This document shows, piece by piece, positions 26,367-44,150 of a stretch of DNA of 64,000 bases. The notes beneath the pieces were generated by a model. That model was not told the DNA's origin, did no database searches, and saw nothing but the letters and a program-made list of their open reading frames with translations. The first letter of the stretch is position 1; each line of letters begins with the position of its first letter. The translations under genes and the position numbers were made by a program. Origin of the DNA: the human T2T-CHM13v2.0 reference genome, Homo sapiens; NCBI RefSeq assembly GCF_009914755.1, contig NC_060931.1; one strand, written 5' to 3'.

Positions 26367-27971
26367 GCCAACACAAAAAGAACAAATCATGAAATAAATG
26401 TTTATTTATTTGCAATGCTTTGGCTAACACCACCCCTCAGAGTGTAGTGACCAGCAGTCCAGGAATACCTTGGTCGTCCCAGCGCAGTGGACTCCAAACC
26501 TTGGGGAGCCAGAGAACAAAGTTGGGGCTGGATACAAGTTTCCCATTGCTAAAGCTTTCAGTCCAGGAGTTGGGAACTGAGCACTGGCCCCCTAAAATCC
26601 AGAAATGAAGCCAGTCTACTGAATCTACCTTAGACCACAATCAAACCCTCAAGGTCATCAAATAGGATAAAAGAAAAAAAATCCAAAGTATAGAAACCTC
26701 AAAGATTGAAGAAACATCAGCCCACATAGCTGGGAAAGAACCAGCACAAGAACTCTGAAAACTCAAAAGCCAGAGTGTCTTCTTTTCTCCAAACAACCAC
26801 ACCACCTCTCCAGCAAGGGTTCAAAAATGGGCTGAGATAGCTAAAGTGCCAGAAACAGAATTTAGAATATGAATAGAAATAAAGACCACTGAGTTGAAGG
26901 AGTACATTGAAACTCAATGCAAGAAAGCTAAGAATCACAATAAAACAATACAGGAGCTTATAGACAAAATAGCCAGTATAGAAAAAAAATTGTAACTTAC
27001 CTGATATAGGTGAAAAAACACACTACAAGAATTTCATAAGGAAATCACAAGTAGTAATAGCAGAATAGACGAAGCAGAGGAAAGAATCTCAAAGCTGGAA
27101 CACTGGGTTTCAGAAATAAGACAGACAAGAATAACAAAAAAAGAATGAAAAGGAATGAACAAAACCTCGAAGAAATAGGAGATTATATAAAGTGACCAAA
27201 TCTATGACTCATTGGTGTCCTTGAAAAACACAAAGAGGGTATAAGCAACTTGGAAAACATATTTCACAATATTATCCATGAGACCTTCCCCAGCCTAGCT
27301 AGAGAGGCCAACATTCAAATTCAGAAAATGCGGAGAACCCCAGTAAGTTACTTCACAAAAAGAACATCCACAAGAGAAATAATTTTCAGATTCTCCAAGG
27401 TCTAAACGAAAGAAAAATGTTAAATGAAGCTGGAAGAAGAATCAAGTCACCTACAAAGGAAAACCCATCAGACTAACAGCCAACTTCTCGGCAGAAATCC
27501 TACAAGCTAGAAGAGATTCAGAGCCAATATTCAACATTCTTAAAGAAAAGAAATTCCAACCCAGAATTTCATATCTGGCCAAACTAAACTTCAAAAATGA
27601 AGGAGAAATAAGACTCTTTTAAGCCAAGCAAATGCTGAGGGAATTTGTTACCACCAGACCTGCCTTACAAGCACTTATAAAGAAAGCACCAATATGGAAA
27701 GAAAAGACCATTAACAGCACTACAAAAACACTCTTGTTGTTGTTGATGTTGTTGTTGTTTTTGTTTTATTACACTTTAGGTTCTAGGATACATGTGCAGA
27801 ACATGCAGTTTTGTTACATAGGTATACACGTGCCATGGTGGTTTGCTGCACCCATCAACTCGTCATCTACATTAGGTATTTCTCCTAATGCTATCCCTTT
27901 CCTAAACCCCTAGCCTCCGACAGATCCTGGTGTGTGATGTTCCCCTCCCTGTGTCCATGTGTACTCATTGT

Positions 27972-31774
<3,803 letters not shown>

Positions 31775-32052
31775 TACGATGCTAGCTGGTTATTTTGCCC
31801 AATAGTTGATGCAGTTTCTTCAGAGTTTTGAAGGTCTTTACAATTTGGTATGTTTTTGCAGTGGCTGGTACCAGTTTTTTCTTTCCATATTTAGTGCTTC
31901 CTTCAGGACCTCTTGTAGGACAGGCCTGGTGGTGACAAAATCTCTCAGCATTTGCTTGTCTGTAAAGGATTTTATTTCTCCCTCATTTATGAAGCTTAGT
32001 CTGGCTGGATATGAAATTCTGGGTTGAAAATTCTTTCCCTTAAGAATGTTGA

Positions 32053-32346
32053 GGCTGGGCATAGTGGCTCATGCCTGTAATCCTACCACTTTGGGAGTTC
32101 GAGGCAGGCAGATCACAAGGTCAGGAGATTGAGACCATCCCAGCTAACACGGTGAAAACCCATCTCTACTGAAAATACAAAAATTAGTTGGGCATGGTGG
32201 CATGTGCCTGTAGTCCCAGCTACTCAAGAGGTGGAGGCAGAAGAATCACTTGAACCAGGGAGGTAGAGGTTGCAGCAAGTCAAGATCACGCCACTGCACT
32301 CCAGCCTGGGCGACAGAATGAGATTCCATCTCAATAATTAAAAAAA
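32053..32346 (+). mobile_element. Alu (AluSc8-like) inserted in L1PA7 ORF1
   Basis: 'gatcacaaggtcaggagattgagaccatcccagctaacacggtg'; degenerate TSD aagaatgttga (32042-32052) / aaaaggttga after the tail. Confidence 0.92.
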
Positions 32347-33769
32347 GAAAAGGTTGAATAATCGCCCCCACTCTCTTCTGGCTTGTAGAGTTCCTTCAGA
32401 GAGATCCACTGTTAGTCTGACGGACTTCCCTTTGTGGGTAACCTGACCTTTCTTTCTGGCTGCCCTTAACATTTTTTCCTTCATTTTATCCTTGGTGAAT
32501 CTGAAGATTATATGTCTTGGGGTTGCTCTTCTTGAGGAGTATCTTTGTGATGTTCTCTGTATTTCCCAAATTTGAATGTTGGCCTGTCTTGCTAGGTTGG
32601 GGAAGTTCTCCTGGATAATATCCTGAAAACACTTCAAACTTGGTTCCATTCTCCCCATCATTTCCAGGTAAACCAATCAAAGGTAGGTTTGGTCATTTCA
32701 CATAGTCCCATATTTCTTGGAGGCTTTGTTCATTTCTTTTCACTCTTTTTTCTCCAATCTTGACTTCACACTTTATTTCATTAAGTTTGTCTTCAATCTC
32801 TGATATCCTTTCTTTAGCTTGATTGATTCAGCAGGGGCTCATAGATAAAACTCCCATCTCCCTGGGACAGAGCACCTGGGGGAAGGGGTGGCTGTGGGCA
32901 CAGCTGCAGCAGACTTAAACATTTCTGACTCCTGGCTCTGAAAAAAGCAGGGAATCTCCCAGCACAACACTCGAGCTCTGGTAAGGGACAGACTGCCTCC
33001 TCAAGTGGGTCCCTGACCCCTGTGCCTCCTGACTGGGAGACACCTCCTAGCAGGGGTCGACAGATACCACATACAGGAGAGCTCTGGCTGGCATCTGGTG
33101 AGTGCCCCTATGGGATGAAGCTTCCAGAGAAAGGAACAGGCAGCAATCTTTGCTGTTCTACAGCCTCCACTGGTGATACCCAGGCAAACAGGATCTGGAT
33201 GGACCTCCAGCAAACTCCAGCAGACCTGCAGCAGAGAGGCCTGTTAGAAGGAAAACTAACAAACAGACAGGAATAGCATCAACATCAACAGAAAGGATGT
33301 CCACACAGAAACCCCATCCAGAGGTCACCAACATCAAAGACCAAAGGTAGATAAATCCACAAAGATGAGGAAAACCCAGCACAATGCAGCTGAAAACTCC
33401 AAAACCAGAATGCTTCTCCTTCAAAGGATCACAGCTCCTCACCAGCAAGGAAACAAAACTGGATGGAGAATTAATTTGACAAATTGACAGAAGTAGGCTT
33501 CAGAAGGTGGGTAATAACGAACTCCTCCAAGCTAAAGGGGCATGTTCTAACACAATGCAATGAGGCTAAGAACCTTGAGAAAAGGTTAGAGGAATTGCTA
33601 ACTAGAATAACCAGTTCAGAGAAGAACATAAATACCTGATGGAGCTGAAAAACACAGCACGAGAACTTCGTGAAGCATACACAAGTATCAAAAACACTCT
33701 TAAGTACAGACCATGATACTATGAAGCAACCACATTACCAATTTTGCATAATAACCAGCTAACATCATG

Positions 33770-36700
33770 ATGACAGCATCAAATACATACATATAAACAC
33801 TAACCTTGAATGTAAATGGGCTAAATGCCCCAAGTAAAAGGAACAGAATGGCAAGCTGGATAAAGAACCAAACCCATGGGTATGCTATCTTCAAGAGACC
33901 TGTCTCTCATGCAATGACACCCACAGGTTCAAAATAAAGGGATGGAGAAAAATCTACCACGCAAACAAACAAACAAAAAATAACCAAAAACAAACAAAAA
34001 ACAGAAAAATGCTGGGATTGCCATCCTAAGTTCAGATAAAACAGATTTTAAACAAAGATTTTAAAAAGACAAAGAAGAACATTATATAATGGTAAAGAGT
34101 GCAATTGCACAAAAAGACCTAATCATTCTAAATACATATGCACCCAATGTAGGAGCACCCAGATTCATAAAGCAGGTTCCTAGAGATCTTCAAAGAGACT
34201 TAGACTCACACACAATAATGGTGGGAGACAGCAACACCTCACTGACAGTATTAGATAGACCATTGAGGCACAAAATTAACAAAGATATTTAGGACCTGAA
34301 TTCAACACTAGATCAAATGGACCTGATAGACCTCTAAAGAACTCTCCACTCAAAAACAACAGAATATACATCCTTCTCATCACCACATGGCACTTAGTCT
34401 AAAATTGATCATATAATCGGAAGTAAAACACTTCTCAGCAAATGCAAAAGAACTGAAATGAAAACAACTGCTCTCTCAGACCACAGTACAATCAAATTAG
34501 AAATCAAGACTAAAAAATTCACTTCAAACCATACAATTATATGGAAATGGGATAACATGCTCCTGAATAACATTTGGGAAAATAATGAAATTAAGGCAGA
34601 AATCAAGAAGTTCTTTGAAACCATAGAGAATAAAGGCATAATGTATCAGAATATCTGGGACACAGCTAAGGCAATGTTAAGAGGGAAATTTATAGCACTA
34701 AATGCCCACATCAAAAAGTTAGAAAGATCTCAATTTAACAACCTAACATCACAACTAAAAGAACTAGAGAAACAAGAGCAAAACAACCTGAAGATGATAA
34801 ATAACCAAATAACCAAAATCGGAGCTGAGCTGAAGGAGACTGAGACATGAAAAACCAATGAAAAGATCAACAAGCTCAGGAACTTCTTTTGAAAAAAATT
34901 AATAAAATAGACTGCTAGCTAGATTACTAAAGAAGAAAAAAGAGAAGATCCAAATAAACACAATTAGAAATGACAAAGGGGATACACCACTGACCCCACA
35001 GAAATACAAATAACCAGCCAAGAACATTATGAACATCTCTAAGCACATAAACTAGAAAATCTAGAAGAAATGTATAAATTCCTGGACACATACACCCTCA
35101 CAAGGCTGAGCCAAGAAGAAATTCAATGCCTGAACAGACCAATAATGAGCTTTGAAGTTGAATCAATAATAAATAGCCTACCAACAAGAAAAGCCCAGGA
35201 CCAGAGAGATTTACAGCCAAATTCTACCAGATGTACAAAGAAGAGCTAGTCCCATTCCTATTACAACTATTCAGAAAAATTGAGGAGGAAGGGTTCTGCC
35301 CTAATGTATTCCATGAGGCCAACATTATCCTGATACCAAAACCTGGCAGAGACACAACAATACAAGAAAACTTCAGGCCAATATCCCTGATGAACAGTGA
35401 TGGAAAAATCCTCAGCAAAATACTGACAAACTGAATCCAGTAGCACATCAAAAACTTATACACCATGATTAGCTAGGCTTCATCTCTGGGAGGCAAGGTT
35501 AGTTCAGTGTATGCAAATCAACAAATGTGATTCACTGCATGTAAAGAACTAAAGACAAAAACCACATTATGATCTCAATAGATTCAGAAAATGCTGTTGA
35601 TAAAATTCAAACCCCTTCGTGCTAAAAACTGTCAATAAGCTACGTAATGAAGGAATATACCTCAAAATAACAAGAGCCATGTATGACAAACCCACAGACA
35701 ACATCATATTTAATGGGCAAAAGCTGGAAGCACTCCCTTAAAAATTGGCACAAAGACAAGAATGCCCTTTTTCAACATTCTTATTCAACATAGTATTGGA
35801 AGTCCTGGACAGAGCAATCAGGTAAGAGAATGAAGAAAACGCATTCAAATAGGAAGAGAGAAAGTCAAACTATCCCTGTTTGCAGATGACATCATCCTGT
35901 ATCTAGAAAATCTCACAGTCTTAACAAAAAAGCTCCTTAGGCTGATGAATAACTTCCACAAAGTCTCAGGATGGAGAATCAATATACAAAAATCACTAGC
36001 ATTCCTATACACCAAAAAGAGACAAGGTGAGAGCCAAATCAGAAAGGCAATCCCATTCATAATTGCCACACAAAGAAAAACATACCTAGGATACAGCTAA
36101 CCAGGGAGGTGAAAGATCTCTACAAGGAGAACAACAGAGCACTGCTCAAAAAGAATCAGAGATGATACAAACAAATGAAAAAACATGCCATGCTTATGAA
36201 TAGGAAAAATCAATGTCATTAAAATGGCCCTACTGCCCAAAGCAATTTATAGATTCAGTGATATTTCTATTAAACTACTAATGACATTCTTCATAGAACT
36301 AGAAAAAAAACTATTTTAAAATTCATGTGGAACCAAAAAGAGCCTGAATAGCCAAAGCAATCCTAAGCAAAAAGAACAAAGCAGGAGGTATCATACTACT
36401 AAACCTTAAACTATACTATGGGACTACAGAAACCAAAAGAGCAGGGTACTTGTACAAAAACAACACACAGACCAATGGAACAGAATAAAGCAGAAACAAG
36501 ACCACACACCTACAACCATCTGATCCTCAACAAACCTGACAAAAATAAGCAATGGGGGAACAATTCCCTATTCAATAAATGGTGCTGGGATAATTGGCTA
36601 GCCATAGGCAGAAGATTAAAACTGGACCTCTTCCTTACACCATATATAAAAATTAACTCAAGATGGATGAAAGACTTAAATGTGAAACCCAAATCTATAA

Positions 36701-37585
36701 AAAGCCTGGAAGACAACCTAGTCAGTACCATCTGGACATAGGAACAGGCAAATATTTCATGACAAAGATGCCTAAAGCAATTGCAACAAATGCAAAAAAT
36801 TCAACAAATTGGGTCTAGTTAAACAAAAGAGCTTCTTTATGGCAAAAGAAATTATCAACAAAGTGGACAATCTACAGAATGGAAAACAATTTGCAAACTA
36901 TTCATCTAACAAAGGTCTAATATTTAGCATTATAAGGAATTTAAATTCACAAGAAAAAAACCATTCAAAATTAAACAAAGGACATGAACAGACTTTTTTC
37001 AGTAGAAGACATACATGTGGCCAACAAGCATATCAAAAAACCTCAATAGCACTGATCATTAGAAAAATGCAAATCAAAACCACAATGAGATACCATCTCA
37101 CACCAGTCAGAATGACTGCTACAAAAATATCAAAAAAATAACAGATGTTGGCAAGGTTGCAAAGAAAAGACAATGCTTATACACTGTTGGGGGGGGGGTG
37201 GTGTAAATTTGTTCATCCATTGTAGAAAACAGTGTAGTGATTCCTCAAAGACCTAAAAACAGAAATACCATTCAGCCCAGCAACCTCATTACTGGGATAT
37301 ACCCACAGAAATATAAATTGTTCTATCATAAAGCTACACGCACATGTAGGTTCACTGTAACACTATTCACAATAGAAAAGACATGGAGTCAACCTAAATG
37401 CCCATCAGTGGTAGACGGGACAAAGAAAATGTAGTACATATATACCATGGAATACTACGCAGCTGTAAAAAAAATGAGATCATCTCCTTTGCTGGAACAT
37501 GGTTGGAGCTGGAGGCAATTATCCTAAACTAATATACAAACAGAAAACCAAATACTGCAGGTTCTCAATTATAAGTGGTAGCTAA
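33770..37585 (+). pseudogene. Disrupted L1 ORF2 of the L1PA13-like host
   Basis: ORF fragments [50 protein letters not shown]. Confidence 0.88.
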
Positions 37586-38144
37586 ATGATGAGAACACAT
37601 GGACACATAAAGGGGAACAACACATACTGGGGGCTATTAGAGGGTGAAGGATGGGAGGAGGGAGAGGATCAGGAAAAACAACTGATGGGTACTAGGCTTA
37701 ATACCTGGGTGACAAAATACTCTGTTAAACAAACCCCCATGACATAAGTTTACCAATATAACTACCTGCATATGTACCCTTGAACTTAAAGTTAAAAAAA
37801 AGATATGACACAATCTATTCCTTGTAAGAAGTTAATGATATATACAAATGGCTTAAGAATATGTAGTTCTCTAAGAGGAATCAAATATTCTAAAATCTAT
37901 ATCCCAGTATATATGAACCAAATATTTTTTCATATTAGTAATAGCAGGACCATTTAATAACCAGGTTTACACATGTTAGAAGCAGAGCTAAGCCATGACT
38001 GAGGAAACATGGTGAAATACAATTTTGGGGCTTAGCATAAAGCCTCAATACAGCAATGGTTCAATAAACATTCACTATTTTAGTGTTTTATTTGGCCGCT
38101 AATTAGTAAAGATCCCAAGGAAAGAAGTATTTCCCAATGGAGGG

Positions 38145-38500
38145 TGTATTAGTCTGTTCTCATGCTGCTAATAAAAACATATCCAAGGCTGGGTAATTTA
38201 TAAAGAAAAGAAGTTTAATGGATTCACAGTTCCACATGGCTGAGGAAGCCTCACAATCATGGCAGAATGCAAAGGAGAAGCAAAGGCATGTCTTACATGG
38301 CAGCAGTCAAGAGGGCTTCAGCAGGGGAGCTCCCATTTATAAAACCATCAGATCTCATAAGACTTATTCACTACCATGAGAGCAGTATGAGGGAAACTGC
38401 CCCCATGATTCAATTATCTCCACCTGGCCCCACTCATGACACATGGGGATTATTACAATTCAAGGTGAGATTTGGGTGGGGACACAGCCAAACCATATCA
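38145..38500 (-). mobile_element. THE1 (THE1B-like) solo LTR
   Basis: tgtattagtc...aaaccatatca, 356 bp; perfect 5 bp TSD gaggg (38140-38144, 38501-38505). Confidence 0.93.
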
Positions 38501-38929
38501 GAGGGGAACTTTACACCTCTTATGTGAAAGAAAAATATTAGGCATCCCTTTTTTGTTTTCAGAAGAGATCAAGAGAAGAGCAATCTAACTAAGCCATGGC
38601 AAGTATTTACTATAAAAGAGTGATGAATATAATGTGATGCAGAAAATAAAGATAAAGTGTTTCTATGAGAATCCAAAAAGAAGCAGTTATTTCAGGATGG
38701 AAATATTAATTTATTTTATCTTAGTTATATCTTAGTTCAGTGTTCATTTCTGAGTATATTTTAAGATCAGCCCTAGAAGACTGATCCATTTAATTAGGAA
38801 GGTCCTTAAGTTACATGGACTGCAGTACTGTTGGTTTCAGATCCTACTGAATGGAAGCAACACCCCAAGACTCCTGACATTAGTTCCAAAGAAGGCTATC
38901 ACCTACAAAGTACTATATGATTTAGTGCC

Positions 38930-39322
38930 CTATGGGTTATCTTGGTCTGCTTGAATACTTGGAACCTTACATTCCAGTTATTCCTTTGCAGGATACTCCT
39001 ACACAGAACCCAGATGCTGTACTGTGAGAAGCCCAAGCCATATAGAAAGGCTGTGTGTAGGCAATCCAGTAGGTAGTCTTAGCTTAACCCATCCTTTGAG
39101 TCATCACAGGGCAGCTGCCAGACATGAGTGAAGAAGACTACAGATTACGATAGCCCGGAACTATTTTAATCTTCCCAGCAGAAGCCCCAAATATTACTCT
39201 ATATTCACAGTGTCCTGTCTAAATTCCCAGCCATCAAATTCATAAGCATAATAAATTGCTGTGGCTTTATGCCACAAAGTGTGGGTGGTTTGCAACACAG
39301 CAATAGACAGATAGCCAGAATA
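38930..39322 (+). mobile_element. MLT1H-like LTR, 3' part
   Basis: 'gtgagaagcccaagcca...ccagacatgagtgaagaag...tgtctaaattcc...acagcaataga'. Confidence 0.6.
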
Positions 39323-41128
39323 CCAAGGATGTCAAAGTGGCTTGTAAAGGGACATCCTATTACTATATGAAAACTAAAATACTGCAAAAGCCCTAGGCAG
39401 GCATACACTTTCATTGTGGCATTATTGATAACAAGGAATAGATACATTTGTAAGATTAAATGAGGCAGAAATGATGTATACATTAATAAAACAGAAAACT
39501 ATGCAGCCATTAAAATAGCATAAAATGAAGACAGCAATCAGGAACATGTGTATGTTCTTAGGTTAAGCTAAAATAGAAACACCAAATAATGTACAATTAG
39601 GTGTGCATTTGTTAAAACATATATAATATTTATGAAGAGTACTAAAAGTCTGTGCAAAAGAAAACTTCTGCTAACATTAAGTATTAAAAATTTGAATGAT
39701 GTTGTACCAGATTTTTAAAATATTTTATAGAGTTATGTTTTCTATAAAAGTGTATATAATATACAGGTAGTTCCACATTTCATAAAGAGTTTGGTAATTA
39801 ATTCTTCCAAACTGGGTGGGGCCACAGCAGAAAAAAAATGAAGAAATGTTTGCTCTTTTGGATTCTGAAGGGCAGTATTGCGTCTACCAGATATGAAAGA
39901 GAGAGAGGGTTATTTCAGCATAGTTCTGCAACATACACACAGATTCCTTCAGTGGTTGGATTTGGGTCACTGACAGAATCTTGAGTCAAGGTCAGAAACT
40001 GACTGTCATATCATGCAAACACAGAACATCTATGTATTCTTCCATTTTAAATCCCTCCAGTGTCTCGCATTTTCTATGATAATAGGCACATCCTCTATTG
40101 AAGGAAGTCTACATTCTGTGGAAAAATTTATGAGTTCTGTGATTTAATGAGTTTGTCTTTTCTAGTAATGTTTACAAAGCTGAAGTTCCTGCTTTGTTTC
40201 CTGCTGGGAGAAAACAGCTTTTCATTTTTACCATTGTCTGCAAGTTCTGCTTGTATCTGTCAGTTTAAAAATATTTAATAATCTTTTTCAGAATTTATAT
40301 TGAACTAAATTTAAATATCAGAGTTTATGAGGCTGAGACCATATAGTCCATTTCTCAGAGGCTAGAAGCTGCTGACACTAACAGAGTTTTGCAAGTAAAT
40401 ACCAGCAGTCTGATTCAACTTCAAATTTGCCAGGAAAACATTTCAGTTAGAGTCTTCTGTTAGCTCTTTGAATATCATCGTCTGGCAAGACCTGGAGATA
40501 AACCCTTGAGACACAAACATGGGATAGGATAGTCCCTGAAGTAGGTCCAGATTATGTCTGATCCTAATCTGTGCCAAAACCAAACAACTGCTCCTGCCTT
40601 CTTAACTCCTTAAGGTCTGACCTAATGGTGCCAGATGGAAAAGAATGCCAGTTTTGAGAGAGGGTAGCAGGTTCAAACAGGGACATTGTACACATGTATA
40701 ACAGAGCAGCCATGAGAAACTGCACATGACTGGTTGTTCCTTTCCCATGGTGCCCTGAGAGTTTATGAGCTAAAACAGGCACTTAGAATTGAATTATTAG
40801 GTAATAAACTCTATCTAAGATTTCATAGTGTCATGTGCCATACTTAACTTTATAAAAATTAGGGATTTTATTTTCATTACAACCTCTTTGTTCATATTCA
40901 AGAGTTAATTTCTTCATTTTGTTATAGTACCAAAGCCTTGAAGGTCATCAAAAAGAAGTTAAGATCAAAAGTGAAAACAAATTAAGGAACAGAAATATTA
41001 AAAATAATTGTTATAAACCAAAAACGATATTATTTTACGCCAATTGCATTGCCAATCAAATAACATCTCTAGGGTGACATCATATTCTCTTCATTTTGTC
41101 TATTAAATTTCATATATAAAGTCCACTT

Positions 41129-42291
<1,163 letters not shown>

Positions 42292-42681
42292 AAAGTCCAC
42301 TTAATTTGCAGCATCTTATCCAAAATATTTAATGTATAAACACAAGTATGAAAATCTCATATATGTGTGTTAAGTGTAAGTAGTTGTGACTAAGCTTTAC
42401 AATTAAACTTTACACACTTGAATAATATTCACCTTTTTCTTTCAATTCCAGAATTTCTTTATGAAATTCAAAGAGTCTTAAAGGAAAAAAGGAGAAATAC
42501 ATGACTTTTTTTCTTATTTCCCCCTTAAAGCATTTACAAGCAATGCTGTTTCCTTATCATTATCTATAATCAGTAAATTTTAAAAATTAAACTGTTTCTA
42601 TGATAACTTCAATAACCTAATTAGTTATAAAACCAACAGTAATGTAAAGGATTTGTTATATAAAAGGCTCATAATTCTATG

Positions 42682-42847
42682 GGTGCAAATTATATTGAAA
42701 AAACGTAATCATTTGGCACCTTTTCCTCATCACTTTTTGGCAGTTGGGAGGGAAAATCTTGTACCATACTGTTAGCCTGCTCTGACTGATCTGAGCAGTA
42801 ATGACCTATTACCGTGCTAATCTTTCCCTTTATTTCTCAATCTGATA
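42682..42847 (+). repeat. Local dispersed duplication, copy 1 (166 bp)
   Basis: ~95% identical to 43984-44150. Confidence 0.95.
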
Positions 42848-43983
42848 GTTTAGGAACACAACTCGAACTGAGTCCTGCTCTAGCTATGTCAAAGAAATAA
42901 AAACACCAGATTCAAGTTAAATTAGCTTGTAATTGCTTCTGGTTTGGAAATGACAATAGCCTGTGGCCTTTGATTAGCTTTAGATAATTTATAAAACTCT
43001 TTTATATGAATTACTCTATTTTCTCCTTATATCCTTTGAGTGATAGGTTTTCCATAATAGCCAAAAGCTCAGGAGAGTTAACTTCTCAGAATCAAATAAT
43101 TTAAAAGCAGTTGAGCCGATGGAATAGATTTTATAGAATGCAATTGCCCTTTGTATGTTAAACACCATGGTTATTATGGTGACCTCTGCCTCTAACGCTG
43201 AAACAATGAATCCTAAAAACAAGGTTTTCCAGTTCCATGGATGACATAATTCTCATCTTGCCCTAAAAGCTGACACTTAAGTTAAAAAACAGTAACAATG
43301 TATTTAAAAGGGATTAAAATTAGTGACTGTCAAGAAATCTAACAACATTATAATACAAATTTCACCAAAGTTAAAAAAAATCTAAAACTCAGACTAAGAG
43401 TTAATATAACTTTATTTTCTTTATTTTCATGGACAGAGGAAAATCCATAAGAAGTTATGATAAAATGCTGACTTTGGCTTACTTGTAAAAATCAATAAAA
43501 ACATTTAATTGTCAAGAGTAGGGGATATTTTGATGATATAAGCTTCCTTACTTCCACAGATTTAAATGTGCAAGACTTTTAGGACAAAATGACATTTCAT
43601 TATGACATAGTTCCCTTACACTCCAACAGTATGCTGAATGCCATGCTATATAAACATTGAATGCTAATGAAGGTTACAAACAACGCCTTTAAAGGAAAAT
43701 CTCATTTCCAGAAAAGGGAGATATTTCTTATTTAAATAAAGGCTTTCTATATGAGGCTTGTTAGCCCTGATTTAAATAGTAATTAGCTGTTTGCAATTAG
43801 TCCACTGATGAGTTTATCAACCTGAGTATTTTCCTTATTTTCATTTAGTAATAATGTCATAATAGCACATGCATGCAAAAGGAGTAAAAGAAGATATTGC
43901 TTACATTATTAAACAATTCAGATGAAGAGTAGTGGTTTAGTCTTGATGAGTTGAGAACTGCTCTGGGTCAGAAAAAAGATACA

Positions 43984-44150
43984 GGTGCAAGTTATATTGA
44001 AAAAACGTAATCATTTGGCACCTTTTCCTCAATCATTTTTTGGCAGTTGGGAGGGAAAATCATGTACCATACTGTTTGCCTGCTCTGACTGATCTGAGCA
44101 GTGATGACCTATTACAGTGCTAATCTTTCTCTTTATTTCTCAATCTGATA
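43984..44150 (+). repeat. Local dispersed duplication, copy 2 (167 bp)
   Basis: 7 substitutions + 1 indel versus 42682-42847 by manual alignment. Confidence 0.95.

Noticed and set aside
42682-44150. LTR-internal-LTR (TRIM-like) interpretation of the 166 bp direct repeats
   Set aside because: Homology does not begin with TG or end with CA, and I see no PBS, PPT or outer TSD.
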